Shown piece by piece: positions 1 through 15,000 of a DNA stretch of 64,000 bases; position 1 is the stretch's first letter, and every line of letters begins with the position of its first letter. Below the pieces are notes generated by a model that saw only the letters and a program-made list of their open reading frames with translations, had not been told where the DNA came from and searched no databases. The position numbers were made by a program, and so were the translations under genes. This stretch comes from Euprymna scolopes. Lineage: Eukaryota. The stretch is from the NCBI GenBank assembly GCA_053919585.1, contig CM132790.1; one strand, 5' to 3'.

Positions 1-3000
1 TGATTCTATTTAGATTAGAAATCCTATATAGATTATTTAAAGTGATTCTATTTAGATGTTAAATCCTATGTAGATTATGTAAAGTGATTCTATTTAGATT
101 GGAAATACTATGTAGATTATGTAAAGTGATTCTATTTAGATTAGAAATCCTATATAGATTATGTAAGTGATTCTATTAAGATTTGAAATCCTATGTAGAT
201 TATGTAAAGTGATTCTATTTAGATTGGAAATCCTATGTAGATTATGTAAAATGATTCTATTTAGATTAGAAATCCTATATAGATTATGTAAAGTGATTCT
301 ATTTAGATTGGAAATCCTATGTAGCTTATGTAAAGTGATTCTATTTAGATTGGAAATCCTATATAGATTATGTAAAGTGATTCTATTTAGATTGGAAATC
401 CTATGTAGATTATGTAAAGTGATTCTATTTAGATTGGAAATCCTATGTAGATTATGTAAAGTGATTCTATTTAGATTAGAAATCCTATGTAGATTATGTA
501 AAGTGATTCTATTTAGATTAGAAATCCTATGTAGATTATGTAAAGTGATTCTATTTAGATTAGAAATCCTATATAGATTATGTAAAGTGATTCTATTTAG
601 ATTGGAAATCTTATGTATATTATGTAAAGTGATTCTATTTAGATTGGAAATCCTATGTAGATTATGTAAAGTGATTCTATTTAGATCAGAAAACCTATAT
701 AGATTATGTAAGTGATTCTATTTAGATTGGAAATCCTATGTAGATTATGTAAAGTGATTCTATTTAGATTGGAAATCCTATGTATATTATGTAAAGTGAT
801 TCTATTTAGATGAGAAATCCTATATAGATTATGTAAGTGATTCTATTTAGATTGGAAATCCTATGTAGATTATGTAAAGTGATTCTATTTAGATTGGAAA
901 TCCTATGTAGATTATGTAAAGTGATTCTATTTAGATTGGAAATCCTATGTATATTATGTAAAGTGATTCTATTTAGATCAGAAAACCTATATAGATTATG
1001 TAAGTGATTCTATTTAGATTGGAAATCCTATATAGATTATGTAAGTGATTCTATTTAGATTGGAAATCCTATGTATATTATGTAAAGTGATTCTATTTAG
1101 ATGAGAAATCCTATATAGATTATGTAAAGTGATTCTATTTAGATTGGAAATCCTATGTATATTATGTAAAGTGATTCTATTTAGATTGGAAATCTTATAT
1201 AGATTATGTAAAGTGATTCTATTTAGATTGGAAATCCTATGTAGATTATGTAAAGTGATCCTATTTAGATTGGAAATCCTATATAGATTATGTGAAGTGA
1301 TTCTATTTAGATTGGAAATCCTATATAGCTTATGTAAAGTGATTCTATTTAGATTGGAAATCCTATGTAGATTATGTAAAGTGATTCTATTTAGATTGGA
1401 AATCCTATATAGCTTATGTAAAGTGATTCTATTTAGATTGGAAATCCTATGTAGATTATGTAAAGTGATTCTATTTAGATTAGAAATCCTATATAGATTA
1501 TGTGAAGTGATTCTATTTAGATTGGAAATCCTATGTAGATTATGTAAAGTGATTCTATTTAGATTGGAAATCCTATGTAGATTATGTAAAGTGATTCTAT
1601 TTAGATTGGAAATCCTATATAGATTATGTGAAGTGATTCTATTTAGATTGGAAATCCTATATAGATTATGTAAAGTGATTCTATTTAGATTAGAAATCCT
1701 ATGTAGATTATGTAAAGTGATTCTATTTAGATTGGAAATCCTATATAGCTTATGTAAAGTGATTCTATTTAGATTGGAAATCCTATGTAGATTATGTAAA
1801 GTGATTCTATTTAGATTAGAAATCCTATATAGATTATGTGAAGTGATTCTATTTAGATTGGAAATCCTATATAGATTATGTAAAGTGATTCTATTTAGAT
1901 TGGAAATCCTATGTAGATTATGTAAAGTGATTCTATTTAGATTGGAAATCCTATGTATATTATGTAAAGTGATTCTATTTAGATTGGAAATCTTATATAG
2001 ATTATGTAAAGTGATTCTATTTAGATTAAAAATCCTATGTAGATTATGTAAAGTGATCCTATTTAGATTGGAAATCCTATATAGATTATGTAAAGTGATT
2101 CTATTTAGATTGGAAATCCTATGTAGATTATGTAAAGTGATTCTATTTAGATTGGAAATCCTATATAGATTATGTGAAGTGATTCTATTTAGATTGGAAA
2201 TCCTATATAGCTTATGTAAAGTGATTCTATTTAGATTGGAAATCCTATGTAGATTATGTAAAGTGATTCTATTTAGATTGGAAATCCTATATAGCTTATG
2301 TAAAGTGATTCTATTTAGATTGGAAATCCTATGTAGATTATGTAAAGTGATTCTATTTAGATTAGAAATACTTTATAGATTATGTGAAGTGATTCTATTT
2401 AGATTGGAAATCCTATGTATATTATGTAAAGTGATTCTATTTAGATTGGAAATCCTATGTAGATTATGTAAAGTGATTCTATTTAGATTGGAAATCCTAT
2501 GTATATTATGTAAAGTGATCCTATTTAGATTGGAAATCCTATATAGATTATGTAAAGTGATTCTATTTAGATTGGAAATCCTATGTAGATTATGTAAAGT
2601 GATTCTATTTAGATTGGAAATCCTATATAGATTATGTGAAGTGATTCTATTTAGATTGGAAATCCTATATAGCTTATGTAAAGTGATTCTATTTAGATTG
2701 GAAATCCTATGTAGATTATGTAAAGTGATTCTATTTAGATTGGAAATCCTATATAGCTTATGTAAAGTGATTCTATTTAGATTGGAAATCCTATGTAGAT
2801 TATGTAAAGTGATTCTATTTAGATTAGAAATCCTATATAGATTATGTGAAGTGATTCTATTTAGATTGGAAATCCTATATAGATTATGTAAAGTGATTCT
2901 ATTTAGATTGGAAATCCTATGTAGATTATGTAAAGTGATTCTATTTAGATTGGAAATCCTATGTAGATTATGTAAAGTGATTCTATTTAGATTGGAAATC

Positions 3001-6000
3001 CTATATAGATTATGTAAAGTGATTCTATTTAGATTGGAAATCCTATGTAGATTATGTAAAGTCATTCTATTTAGATTGGAAATCCTATGTATATTATGTA
3101 AAGTGATTCTATTTAGATTAGAAATCCTATATAGATTATGTAAAGTGATTCTATTTAGATTGGAAATCCTATGTAGATTATGTAAAGTGATTCTATTTAG
3201 ATTAGAAATCCTATATAGCTTATGTAAAGTGATTCTATTTAGATTGGAAATCCTATGTATATTATGTAAAGTGATTCTATTTAGATTAGAAATCCTATAT
3301 AGATTATGTAAAGTGATTCTATTTAGATTGGAAATCCTATATAGATTATGTAAAGTCATTCTATTTAGATTGGAAATCCTATGTAGATTATGTAAAGTGA
3401 TTCTATTTAGATTAGAAATCCTATATAGATTATGTAAAGTGATTCTATTTAGATTGGAAATCCTATGTAGATTATGTAAAGTGATTCTATTTAGATTAGA
3501 AATCCTATATAGCTTATGTAAAGTGATTCTATTTAGATTGGAAATCCTATGTATATTATGTAAAGTGATCCTATTTAGATTGGAAATCCTATATAGATTA
3601 TGTAAAGTGATTCTATTATGATTGGAAAACCTATATAGATTATGTAAAGTGATTCTATTTAGATTATAAATCCTATATAGATTATGTAAAGTGATTCTAT
3701 TTAGATTGGAAATCCTATGTAGATTATGTAAAGTGATTCTATTTAGATTGGAAATCCTATGTAGATTATGTAAAGTGATTCTATTTAGATTGGAAATCCT
3801 ATGTAGATTATGTAAAGTGATTCTATTTAGATTGGAAATCCTATGTAGATTATGTAAAGTGATTCTATTTAGATTGGAAATCCTATGTAGATTATGTAAA
3901 GTGATTCTATTTAGATTGGAAATCCTATATAGATTATGTAAAGTGATTCTATTTAGATTGGAAATCCTATGTAGATTATGTAAAGTGATTCTATTTAGAT
4001 TGGAAATCCTATGTATATTATGTAAAGTGATTCTATTTAGATTGGAAATCCTATGTAGATTATGTAAAGTGATTCTATTTAGATTGGAAATCCTATGTAT
4101 ATTATGTAAAGTGATTCTATTTAGATTGGAAATCCTATGTAGATTATGTAAAGTGATTCTATTTAGATTGGAAATCCTATATAGATTATGTAAAGTGATT
4201 CTATTTAGATTGGAAATCCTATGTAGATTATGTAAAGTGATTCTATTTAGATTGGAAATCCTATGTAGATTATGTAAAGTGATTCTATTTAGATTGGAAA
4301 TCCTATGTAGATTATGTAAAGTGATTCTATTTAGATTGGAAATCCTATATAGATTATGTAAAGTGATTCTATTTAGATTGGAAATCCTATGTATATTATG
4401 TAAAGTGATCCTATTTAGATTGGAAATCCTATATAGATTATGTAAAGTGATTCTATTTAGATTGGAAATCCTATGTAGATTATGTAAAGTGATTCTATTT
4501 AGATTGGAAATCCTATGTAGATTATGTAAAGTGATTCTATTTAGATTGGAAATCCTATGTAGATTATTTAAAATGACTCTATTTAGATTGGAAATCCTAT
4601 GTAGATTATGTAAAGTGATTCTATTTAAATTGGAAATCCTATATAGATTATTTAAAGTGATTCTATTTAGATTGGAAATCCTATATAGATTATGTAAAGT
4701 GATTCTATTTAGATTGGAAATCCTATGTAGATTTTGTAAAGTGATTCTATTTAGATTGGAAATCCTATATAGATTATGTAAAGTGATTCTATTTAGATTG
4801 GAAATCCTATGTAGATTATGTAAAGTGATTCTATTTAGATTGGAAATCCTATGTAGATTATGTAAAGTGATTCTATTTAGATTGGAAATCCTATGTAGAT
4901 TATTTAAAATGACTCTATTTAGATTGGAAATCCTATGTAGATTATGTAAAGTGATTCTATTTAAATTGGAAATCCTATATAGATTATGTAAAGTGATTCT
5001 ATTTAGATTGGAAATCCTATGTAGATTATGTAAAGTGATTCAATTTAGATTGGAAATCCTATGTAGATTATGTAAAGTGATTCTATTTAGATTGGGAATC
5101 CTATGTAGATTATGTAAAGTGATTCTATTTAGATTGGAAATCCTATATAGATTATGTAAAGTGATTCTATTTAGATTATAAATCCTATGTAGATTATGTA
5201 AAGTGATCCTATTTAGATTGGAAATCCTATATAGATTATGTAAAGTGATTCTATTTAGATTGGAAATCCTATATAGCTTATGTAAAGTGATTCTATTTAG
5301 ATTGGAAATCCTATGTAGATTATGTAAAGTGATTCTATTTAGATTGGAAATCCTATGTAGATTATGTAAAGTGATTCTATTTAGATTGGAAATCCTATGT
5401 AGATTATTTAAAATGACTCTATTTAGATTGGAAATCCTATGTATATTATGTAAAGTGATTCTATTTAAATTGGAAATCCTATATAGATTATGTAAAGTGA
5501 TTCTATTTAGATTGGAAATCCTATGTAGATTATGTAAAGTGATTCAATTTAGATTGGAAATCTTATGTAGATTATGTAAAGTGATTCTATTTAGATTGGG
5601 AATCCTATGTAGATTATGTAAAGTGATTCTATTTAGATTGGAAATCCTATATAGATTATGTAAAGTGATTCTATTTAGATTATAAATCCTATGTAGATTA
5701 TGTAAAGTGATCCTATTTAGATTGGAAATCCTATATAGATTATGTAAAGTGATTCTATTTAGATTGGAAATCCTATATAGCTTATGTAAAGTGATTCTAT
5801 TTAGATTGGAAATCCTATGTAGATTATGTAAAGTGATTCTATTTAGATTGGAAATCCTATGTAGATTATGTAAAGTGATTCTATTTAGATTGGAAATCCT
5901 ATATAGATTATGTAAAGTGATTCTATTTAGATTGGAAATCATATTTAGATTATGTGAAGTGATTCTATTTAAATTGGAAATCCTATGTAGATTATTTAAA

Positions 6001-9000
6001 ATGACTCTATTTAGATTGGAAATCCTATGTAGATTATGTAAAGTGATTCTATTTAAATTGGAAATCCTATATAGATTATTTAAAGTGATTCTATTTAGAT
6101 TGGAAATCCTATATAGATTATGTAAAGTGATTCTATTTAGATTGGAAATCCTATGTAGATTTTGTAAAGTGATTCTATTTAGATTGGAAATCCTATGTAG
6201 ATTATGTAAAGTGATCCTATTTAGATTGGAAATCCTATATAGATTATGTAAAGTGATTCTATTTAGATTGGAAATCCTATATAGCTTATGTAAAGTGATT
6301 CTATTTAGATTGGAAATCCTATGTAGATTATGTAAAGTGATTCTATTTAGATTGGAAATCCTATGTAGATTATGTAAAGTGATTCTATTAAGATTGGAAA
6401 TCCTATGTAGATTATTTAAAATGACTCTATTTAGATTGGAAATCCTATGTAGATTATGTAAAGTGATTCTATTTAAATTGGAAATCCTATATAGATTATT
6501 TAAAGTGATTCTATTTAGATTGGAAATCCTATATAGATTATGTAAAGTGATTCTATTTAAATTGGAAATCCTATGTAGATTTTGTAAAGTGATTCTATTT
6601 AGATTGGAAATCCTATATAGATTATGTAAAGTGATTCTATTTAGATTGGAAATCCTATGTAGATTATGTAAAGTGATTCTATTTAGATTGGAAATCCTAT
6701 ATAGATTATGTAAAGTGATTCTATTTAGATTGGAAATCCTATGTAGATTATGTAAAGTGATTCTATTTAGATTGGAAATCCTATGTAGATTATGTAAAGT
6801 GATTCTATTTAGATTGGAAATCCTATATAGATTATTTAAAGTGATTCTATTTAGATTGGAAATCCTATGTAGATTATGTAAAGTGATTCTATTTAGATTG
6901 GAAATCCTATGTATATTATGTAAAGTAATTCTATTTAGATTAGAAATCCTATATAGATTATGTAAAGTGATTCTATTTAGATTGGAAATCCTATGTAGAT
7001 TATGTAAAGTGATTCTATTTAGATTGGAAATCCTATGTAGATTATGTAAAGTGATTCTATTTAGATTGGAAATCCTATGTAGATTATTTAAAATGACTCT
7101 ATTTAGATTGGAAATCCTATGTAGATTATGTAAAGTGATTCTATTTAAATTGGAAATCCTATATAGATTATGTAAAGTGATTCTATTTAGATTGGAAATC
7201 CTATGTAGATTATGTAAAGTGATTCAATTTAGATTGGAAATCCTATGTAGATTATGTAAAGTGATTCTATTTAGATTGGAAATCCTATGTAGATTATGTA
7301 AAGTAATTCTATTTAGATTAGAAATCCTATATAGATTATGTAAAGTGATTCTATTTAGATTGGAAATCCTATGTAGATTATGTAAAGTGATTCTATTTAG
7401 ATTAGAAATCCTATATAGATTATGTAAAGTGATTCTATTTAGATTTGAAATCCTATGTAGCTTATGTAAAGTGATTCTATTAAGATTGGAAATCCTATGT
7501 AGATTATGTAAAGTGATTCTATTTAGATTGGAAATCCTATATAGATTATGTAAAGTGATTCTATTTAGATTGGGAATCCTATGTAGATTATGTAAAGTGA
7601 TTCTATTTAGATTGGAAATCCTATGTAGATTATGTAAAGTGATTCTATTTAGATAAGAAAACCTATATAGATTATGTAAAGTGATTCTATTTAGATTGGA
7701 AATCCTATGTAGATTATGTAAAGTTATTTTATTTAGATTGGAAATCCTATGTAGATTATGTAAAGTGATTCTATTTAGATTAGAAATCCTATATAGATTA
7801 TGTAAGTGATTCTATTAAGATTTTAAATCCTATGTAGATTATGTAAAGTGATTCTATTTAGATTGGAAATCCTATGTAGATTATGTAAAATGATTCTATT
7901 TAGATTAGAAATCCTATATAGATTATGTAAAGTTATTCTATTTAGATTGGAAATCCTATACATATTATGGAAAGCGATTCTATTTAGATTGAAAATCCTA
8001 TGTAGATTATGTAAAGTTATTCTTGTTAGATTGGAAATCCTATGTATATTATGTAAAGTGATTCTATTTAGATTGGAAATCCTATGTAGATTATGTGAAG
8101 TGATTCTATTTAGATTGACAATCCTATATAGATTATGTAAAGTGATTCTATTTAGATTGGAAATCCTATGTAGATTCTGTAAAGTGATTCTATTTAGATT
8201 GGATATCCTATGTAGATTATGTAAAGTGATTCTATTTAGATTAGAAATCCTATATAGATTATGTAAAGTGATTCTATTTAGATTGGAAATCCTATGTAGA
8301 TTATGTAAAGTGATTCTATTTAGATTGGATATCCTATGTAGATTATGTAAAGTGATTCTATTTAGATTAGAAATCCTATATAGATTATGTAAAGTGATTC
8401 TATTTAGATTGGAAATACTATGTAGATTATGTAAAGTGATTCTATTTAGATTAGAAATCCTATATAGATTATGTAAGTGATTCTATTAAGATTTGAAATC
8501 CTATGTAGATTATGTAAAGCGATTCTATTTAGATTGGAAATCCTATGTAGATTATGTAAAATGATTCTATTTAGATTAGAAATCCTATATAGATTATGTA
8601 AAGTGATTCTATTTAGATTGGAAATCCTATGTAGATTATGTAAAGTGATTCTATTTAGATTGGAAATCCTATGTAGATTATGTAAAGTGATTCTATTTAG
8701 ATTAGAAATCCTATGTAGATTATGTAAAGTGATTCTATTTAGATTGGAAATCCTATGTAGATTATGTAAAGTGATTCTATTTAGATTGGAAATCCTATGT
8801 AGATTATGTAAAGTGATTCTATTTAGATTAGAAATCCTATATAGATTATGTAAAGTGATTCTATTTAGATTAGAAATCTTATGTAGATTATGTAAAGTGA
8901 TTCTATTTAGATTGGAAATCCTATGTAGATTATGTAAAGTGATTCTATTTAGATCAGAAAACCTATATAGATTATGTAAGTGATTCTATTTAGATTGGAA

Positions 9001-12000
9001 ATCCTATGTAGATTATGTAAAGTGATTCTATTTAGATTTGAATCCTATGTAGATTATGTAAAGTTATTCTATTTAGATTGGAAATCCTATGTAGATTATG
9101 TAAAGTGATTCTATTTAGATTGGAAATCCTATGTAGATTATGTAAAGTGATTCTATTTAGATTAGAAATCCTATATACATTATGTAAAGTGATTCTATTT
9201 AGATTGGAAATCCTATATAGATTATGTAAAGTGATTCTATTTTGATTGGAAATCCTATGTAGATTATGTAAAGTGATTCTATTTAGATTAGAAATCCTAT
9301 GTATATTATGTAAAGTGATTCTATTTAGATTGGAAATCCTATGTATATTATGTAAAGTGATTCTATTTAGATTAGAAAACCTATATAGATTATGTAAGTG
9401 ATTCTATTTAGATTGGAAATCCTATGTAGATTATGTAAAGTGATTCTATTTAGATTGGAATCCTATGTATATTATGTAAAGTTATTCTATTTAGATTAGA
9501 AATCCTATGTAGATTATGTAAAGTGATTCTATTTAGATTGGAAATCCTATGTATATTATGTAAAGTGATTCTATTTAGATTAGAAAACCTATATAGATTA
9601 TGTAAGTGATTCTATTTAGATTGGAAATCCTATGTAGATTATGTAAAGTTATTCTATTTAGATTGGAAATCCTATGTAGATTATGTAAAGTGATTCTATT
9701 TAGATTGAAAATCCTATGTAGATTATGTAAAGTTATTCTATTTAGATTGGAAATCCTATGTACATTATGTAAAGTGATTCTATTTAGATTGGAAATCCTA
9801 TGTAGATTATGTAAAGTGATTCTATTTAGATCAGAAAACCTATATAGATTATGTAAGTGATTCTATTTAGATTGGAAATCCTATGTAGATTATGTAAAAT
9901 GACTCTATTTAGATTGGAAATCCTATGTAGATTATGTAAAATGACTCTATTTAGATTGGAAATCCTATGTAGATTATGTAAAGTGATTCTATTTAGATTG
10001 GAAATCCTATGTAGATTATGTAAAATGACTCTATTTAGATTGGAAATCCTATGTAGATTATGTAAAATGACTCTATTTAGATTGGAAATCCTATGTAGAT
10101 TATGTAAAGTGATTCTATTTAGATTGGAAATCCTATATAGATTATGTAAACTGATTCTATTTAGATTGGAAATCCTATATAGATTATGTAAACTGATTCT
10201 ATTTAGATTGGAAATCCTATGTAGATTATGTAAAGTGATTCTATTTAGATTGGAATCCTATGTATATTATGTAAAGTTATTCTATTTAGATTGGAAATCC
10301 TATGTAGATTATGTAAAGTTATTCTATTTAGATTGGAAATCCTATGTAGATTATGTAAAGTGATTCTATTTAAATTGGAAATCCTATATAGATTATGTAA
10401 ACTGATTCTATTTAGATTGGAAATCCTATATAGATTATGTAAAGTGATTCTATTTAGATTGGAAATCCTATGTAGATTATGTAAAATGACTCTATTTAGA
10501 TTGGAAATCCTATGTAGATTATGTAAAGTGATTCTATTTAAATTGGAAATCCTATATAGATTATGTAAAGTGATTCTATTTAGATTGGAAATCCTATGTA
10601 GATTATGTAAAGTAATTCTATTTAGATTGGAAATCCTATGTAGATTATGTAAAGTGATTCTATTTAGATTAGAAATCCTATATAGATTATGTAAAGTGAT
10701 TCTATTTAGATTTGAAATCCTATGTAGCTTATGTAAAGTGATTCTATTAAGATTGGAAATCCTATGTAGATTATGTAAAGTGATTCTATTTAGATTGGAA
10801 ATCCTATGTAGATTATGTAAAGTTATTCTATTTAGATTGGAAATCCTATGTAGATTATGTAAAGTGATTCTATTTAGATTAGAAATCCTATATAGATTAT
10901 GTAAAGTGATTCTATTTAGATTGGGAATCCTATGTAGATTATGTAAAGTGATTCTATTTAGATAGGAAATCCTATGTAGATTATGTAAAGTGATTCTATT
11001 TAGATAAGAAAACCTATATAGATTATGTAAAGTGATTCTATTTAGATTAGAAATCCTATATAGATTATGTAAGTGATTCTATTAAGATTTTAAATCCTAT
11101 GTAGATTATGTAAAGTGATTCTATTTAGATTGGAAATCCTATGTAGATTATGTAAAATGATTCTATTTAGATTAGAAATCCTATATAGATTATGTAAAGT
11201 GATTCTATTTAGATTGGAAATCCTATGTAGATTATGTAAAGTGATTCTATTTAGATTGGACATCCTCTGTAGATTATGTAAAGTGATTCTATTTAGATTA
11301 GAAATCCTATGTAGATTATGAAAAGTGATTCTATTTAGATTGGAAATCCTATGTAGATTATGTAAAGTGATTCTATTTTGATTGGAAATCCTATGTAGAT
11401 TATGTAAAGTGATTCTATTTAGATTAAAAATCCTATGTAGATTATGTAAAGTGATTCTATTTAGATTAGAAATCCTATGTAGATTATGAAAAGTGATTCT
11501 ATTTAGATTGGAAATCCTATGTAGATTATGTAAAGTGATTCTATTTTGATTGGAAATCCTATGTAGATTATGTAAAATGATTCTATTTTGATTGGAAATC
11601 CTATGTAGATTATGTAAAGTGATTCTATTTAGATTGGACATCCTCTGTAGATTATGTAAAGTGATTCTATTTTGATTAGAAATCCTATGTAGATTATGTA
11701 AAGTGATTCTATTTAGATTGGAAATCTTATGTAGATTATGTAAAGTGATTCTATTTAGATTGGAAATCCTATGTAGATTATGTAAAGTGATTCTATTTAG
11801 ATCAGAAAACCTATATAGATTATGTAAGTGATTCTATTTAGATTGGAAATCCTATGTAGATTATGTAAAGTGATTTTATTTAGATTGGAAATCCTATGTA
11901 GATTATGTAAAGTGATTCTATTTAGATTAGAAATCCTATATACATTATGTAAAGTGATTCTATTTAGATTGGAAATCCTATGAAGATTATGTAAAGTGAT

Positions 12001-15000
12001 TCTATTTAGATTGGAAATCCTATGTAGATTATGTAAAGTGATTCTATTTAGATTGGAAATCCTATATAGATTATGTAAAGTGATTCTATTTAGATTAGAA
12101 AACCTATAAAGATTATGTAAAGTGATTCTATTTAGATTTGAAATCCTATGTAGCTTATGTAAAGTGATTCTATTAAGATTGGAAATCCTATGTAGATTAT
12201 GTGAAGTGATTCTATTTAGATTGGAAATCCTATGTAGATTATGTAAAGTGATTCTATTTAGATTGGAAGTCCTATGTAGATTATGTAAAGTGATTCTATT
12301 TAGATAAGAAAACCTAAATAGATTATGTAAAGTGATTCTATTTAGATTGGAAATCCTATGTAGATTATGTAAAGTGATTCTATTTTGATTAGAAATCCTA
12401 TGTAGATTATGTAAAGTGATTCTATTTTGATTAGAAATCCTATATAGATTATGTAAAGTGATTCTATTTAGATTTGAAATCCTATGTAGATTATGTAAAG
12501 TGATTCTATTTAGATTTGAAATCCTATGTAGCTTATGTAAAGTGATTCTATTAAGATTGGAAATCCTATGTAGATTATGTAAAGTGATTCTATTTAGATT
12601 GAAAATCCTATATAGATTATGTAAATAGATTCTATTTAGATTGGAAATCCTATATAGATTATGTAAAATGATTCTATTTAGATTGGAAATCCTATGTAGA
12701 TTATGTAAAGTGATTTTATTTAGATTGGAAATCCTATATAGATTATGTAAAGTGATTCTATTTAGATTGAAAATCATATATAGATTATGTAAAGTGATTC
12801 TATTTAGATTTAAAATCATATGTAGATTATGTGAAGTGATTCTATTTAGATTGGAAATCCTATATAGATTATGTGAAGTGATTCTATTTAGATTGAAAAT
12901 CCTATGTAGATTATGTAAAGTGATTCTATTTAGATTGAAAATCCCATATAGATTATGTAAAGTGATTCTATTTAGATTGGAAATCCTATGTAGATTATGT
13001 AAAGTGATTCTATTTAGATTGGAAATCCTATATAGATTATGTAAAGTGATTCTATTTCGATTGAAAATCCCATGTAGATTATGTAAAGTGATTTTATTTA
13101 GATTGGAAATCCTATGTAGATTATGTAAAGTGATTCTATTTAGATTGGAATCCAATATAGATTATGTAAAGTGATTCTATTTTGATTGGAATCTTATATA
13201 GATTATGTAAAGTGATTCTATTTAGATTGGAATCCTATATAGATTATGTTAAGTGATTCTATTTCGATTGGAAATCTCATGTAGATTATGTAAAATTGTT
13301 CTATTTAGATTGAAAATCCTATGTAGATTATGTAAAGTGATTCTATTTAGATTGGAAATCCTATATAGATTATGTAAAGTGATTCTATTTAGATTGGAAA
13401 TTCTATACAGATTATGTAAAGCGATTCTATTTAGATTGAAAATCCTATGTAGATTATGTAAAGTGATTCTTGGTAGATTGGAAATCCTATGTATATTATG
13501 TAAAGTGATTTTATTTAGATTGGAAATCCTATATAGATTAAGTAAAGTGATTCTATTTAGATTGGAAATCCTATGTAGCTTATGTAAAGTGATTCTATTT
13601 AGATTGGAAATCCTATGTAGATTATGTAAATTGATTCTATTTAGATTTGAAATCCTATGTAGATTATGTAAAGTGATTCTATTTAGATTTGAAATCCTAT
13701 GTAGATTATGTAAAGTTATTCTATTTTGATTGGAAATCCTATGTAGATTATGTAAAGTGATTCTATTTAGATTGGAAATCCTATGTAGATTATGTAAAGT
13801 GATTCTATTTAGATCAGAAATCCTATGTAGATTATGTAAAGTGATTCTATTTAGATTGGAAATCCTATGTAGATTATGTAAAGTGATTCTATTTAGATTG
13901 GAAATCCTATGTAGATTATGTAAAGTGATTCTATTTAGATTGGAAATCCTATGTAGATTATGTAAAGTGATTCTATTTAGATCAGAAATCCTATGTAGAT
14001 TATGTAAAGTGATTCTATTTAGATTGGAAATCCTATGTAGATTATGTAAAGTGATTCTATTTAGATTAGAAATCCTATGTAGATTATGTAAAGTGATTCT
14101 ATTTAGATAAGAAATCCTATATAGATTATGTAAAGTGATTCTATTTAGATTGGAAATCCTATGTAGATTATGTAAAGTGATTCTATTTAGATTGGAAATC
14201 CTATGTAGATTATGTAAAGTGATTCTATTTAGATTGGAAATCCTATATAGATTATGTAAAGTTATTCTATTTAGATTGGAAATCCTATGTAGATTATGTA
14301 AAGTGATTCTATTTAGATTAAAAATCCTATATAGATTATGTAAAGTTATTCTATTTAGATTGGAAATCCTATGTAGATTATGTAAAATTATTCTATTTAG
14401 ATTGGAAATCCTATGTAGATTATGTAAAGTGATTCTATTTAGATTTGCCATCCTGTGTAGATTTTGTAAAGTGATTCTATTTTGATTGGAAATCCTATGT
14501 AGATTATGTAAAGTGATTCTTTTTAGATTGAAAATCATATATAGATTATTTAAAGTGATTCTATTTAGATTTGAAATCCTATGTAGATTATGTAAAGTGA
14601 TTCTTTTTAGATTAGAAATCCTATGTAGATTATGTAAAGTGATTCTTATTAGATTGGATATCCTATGTAGATTATGTAAAGTGATTCTTTTTAGATTAGA
14701 AATCCTATTTAGATTATGTAAAGTGATTCTATTTAGATTTGAAATCCTATGTAGATTATGTAAAGTGATTCTATTTAGATTGGAAATCCTATGTAGATTA
14801 TGTAAAGTGATTCTATTTAGATTAGAAATCCTATATAGATTATGTAAGTGATTCTATTTAGATTGGAAATCCTATGTAGATTATGTAAAGTGATTCTATT
14901 TAGATTGGAAATCCTATGTAGATTATGTAAAGTGATTCTATTTAGATTGGAAATCCTATGTAGATTATGTAAAGTGATTCTATTTAGATTGCAAATCCTA

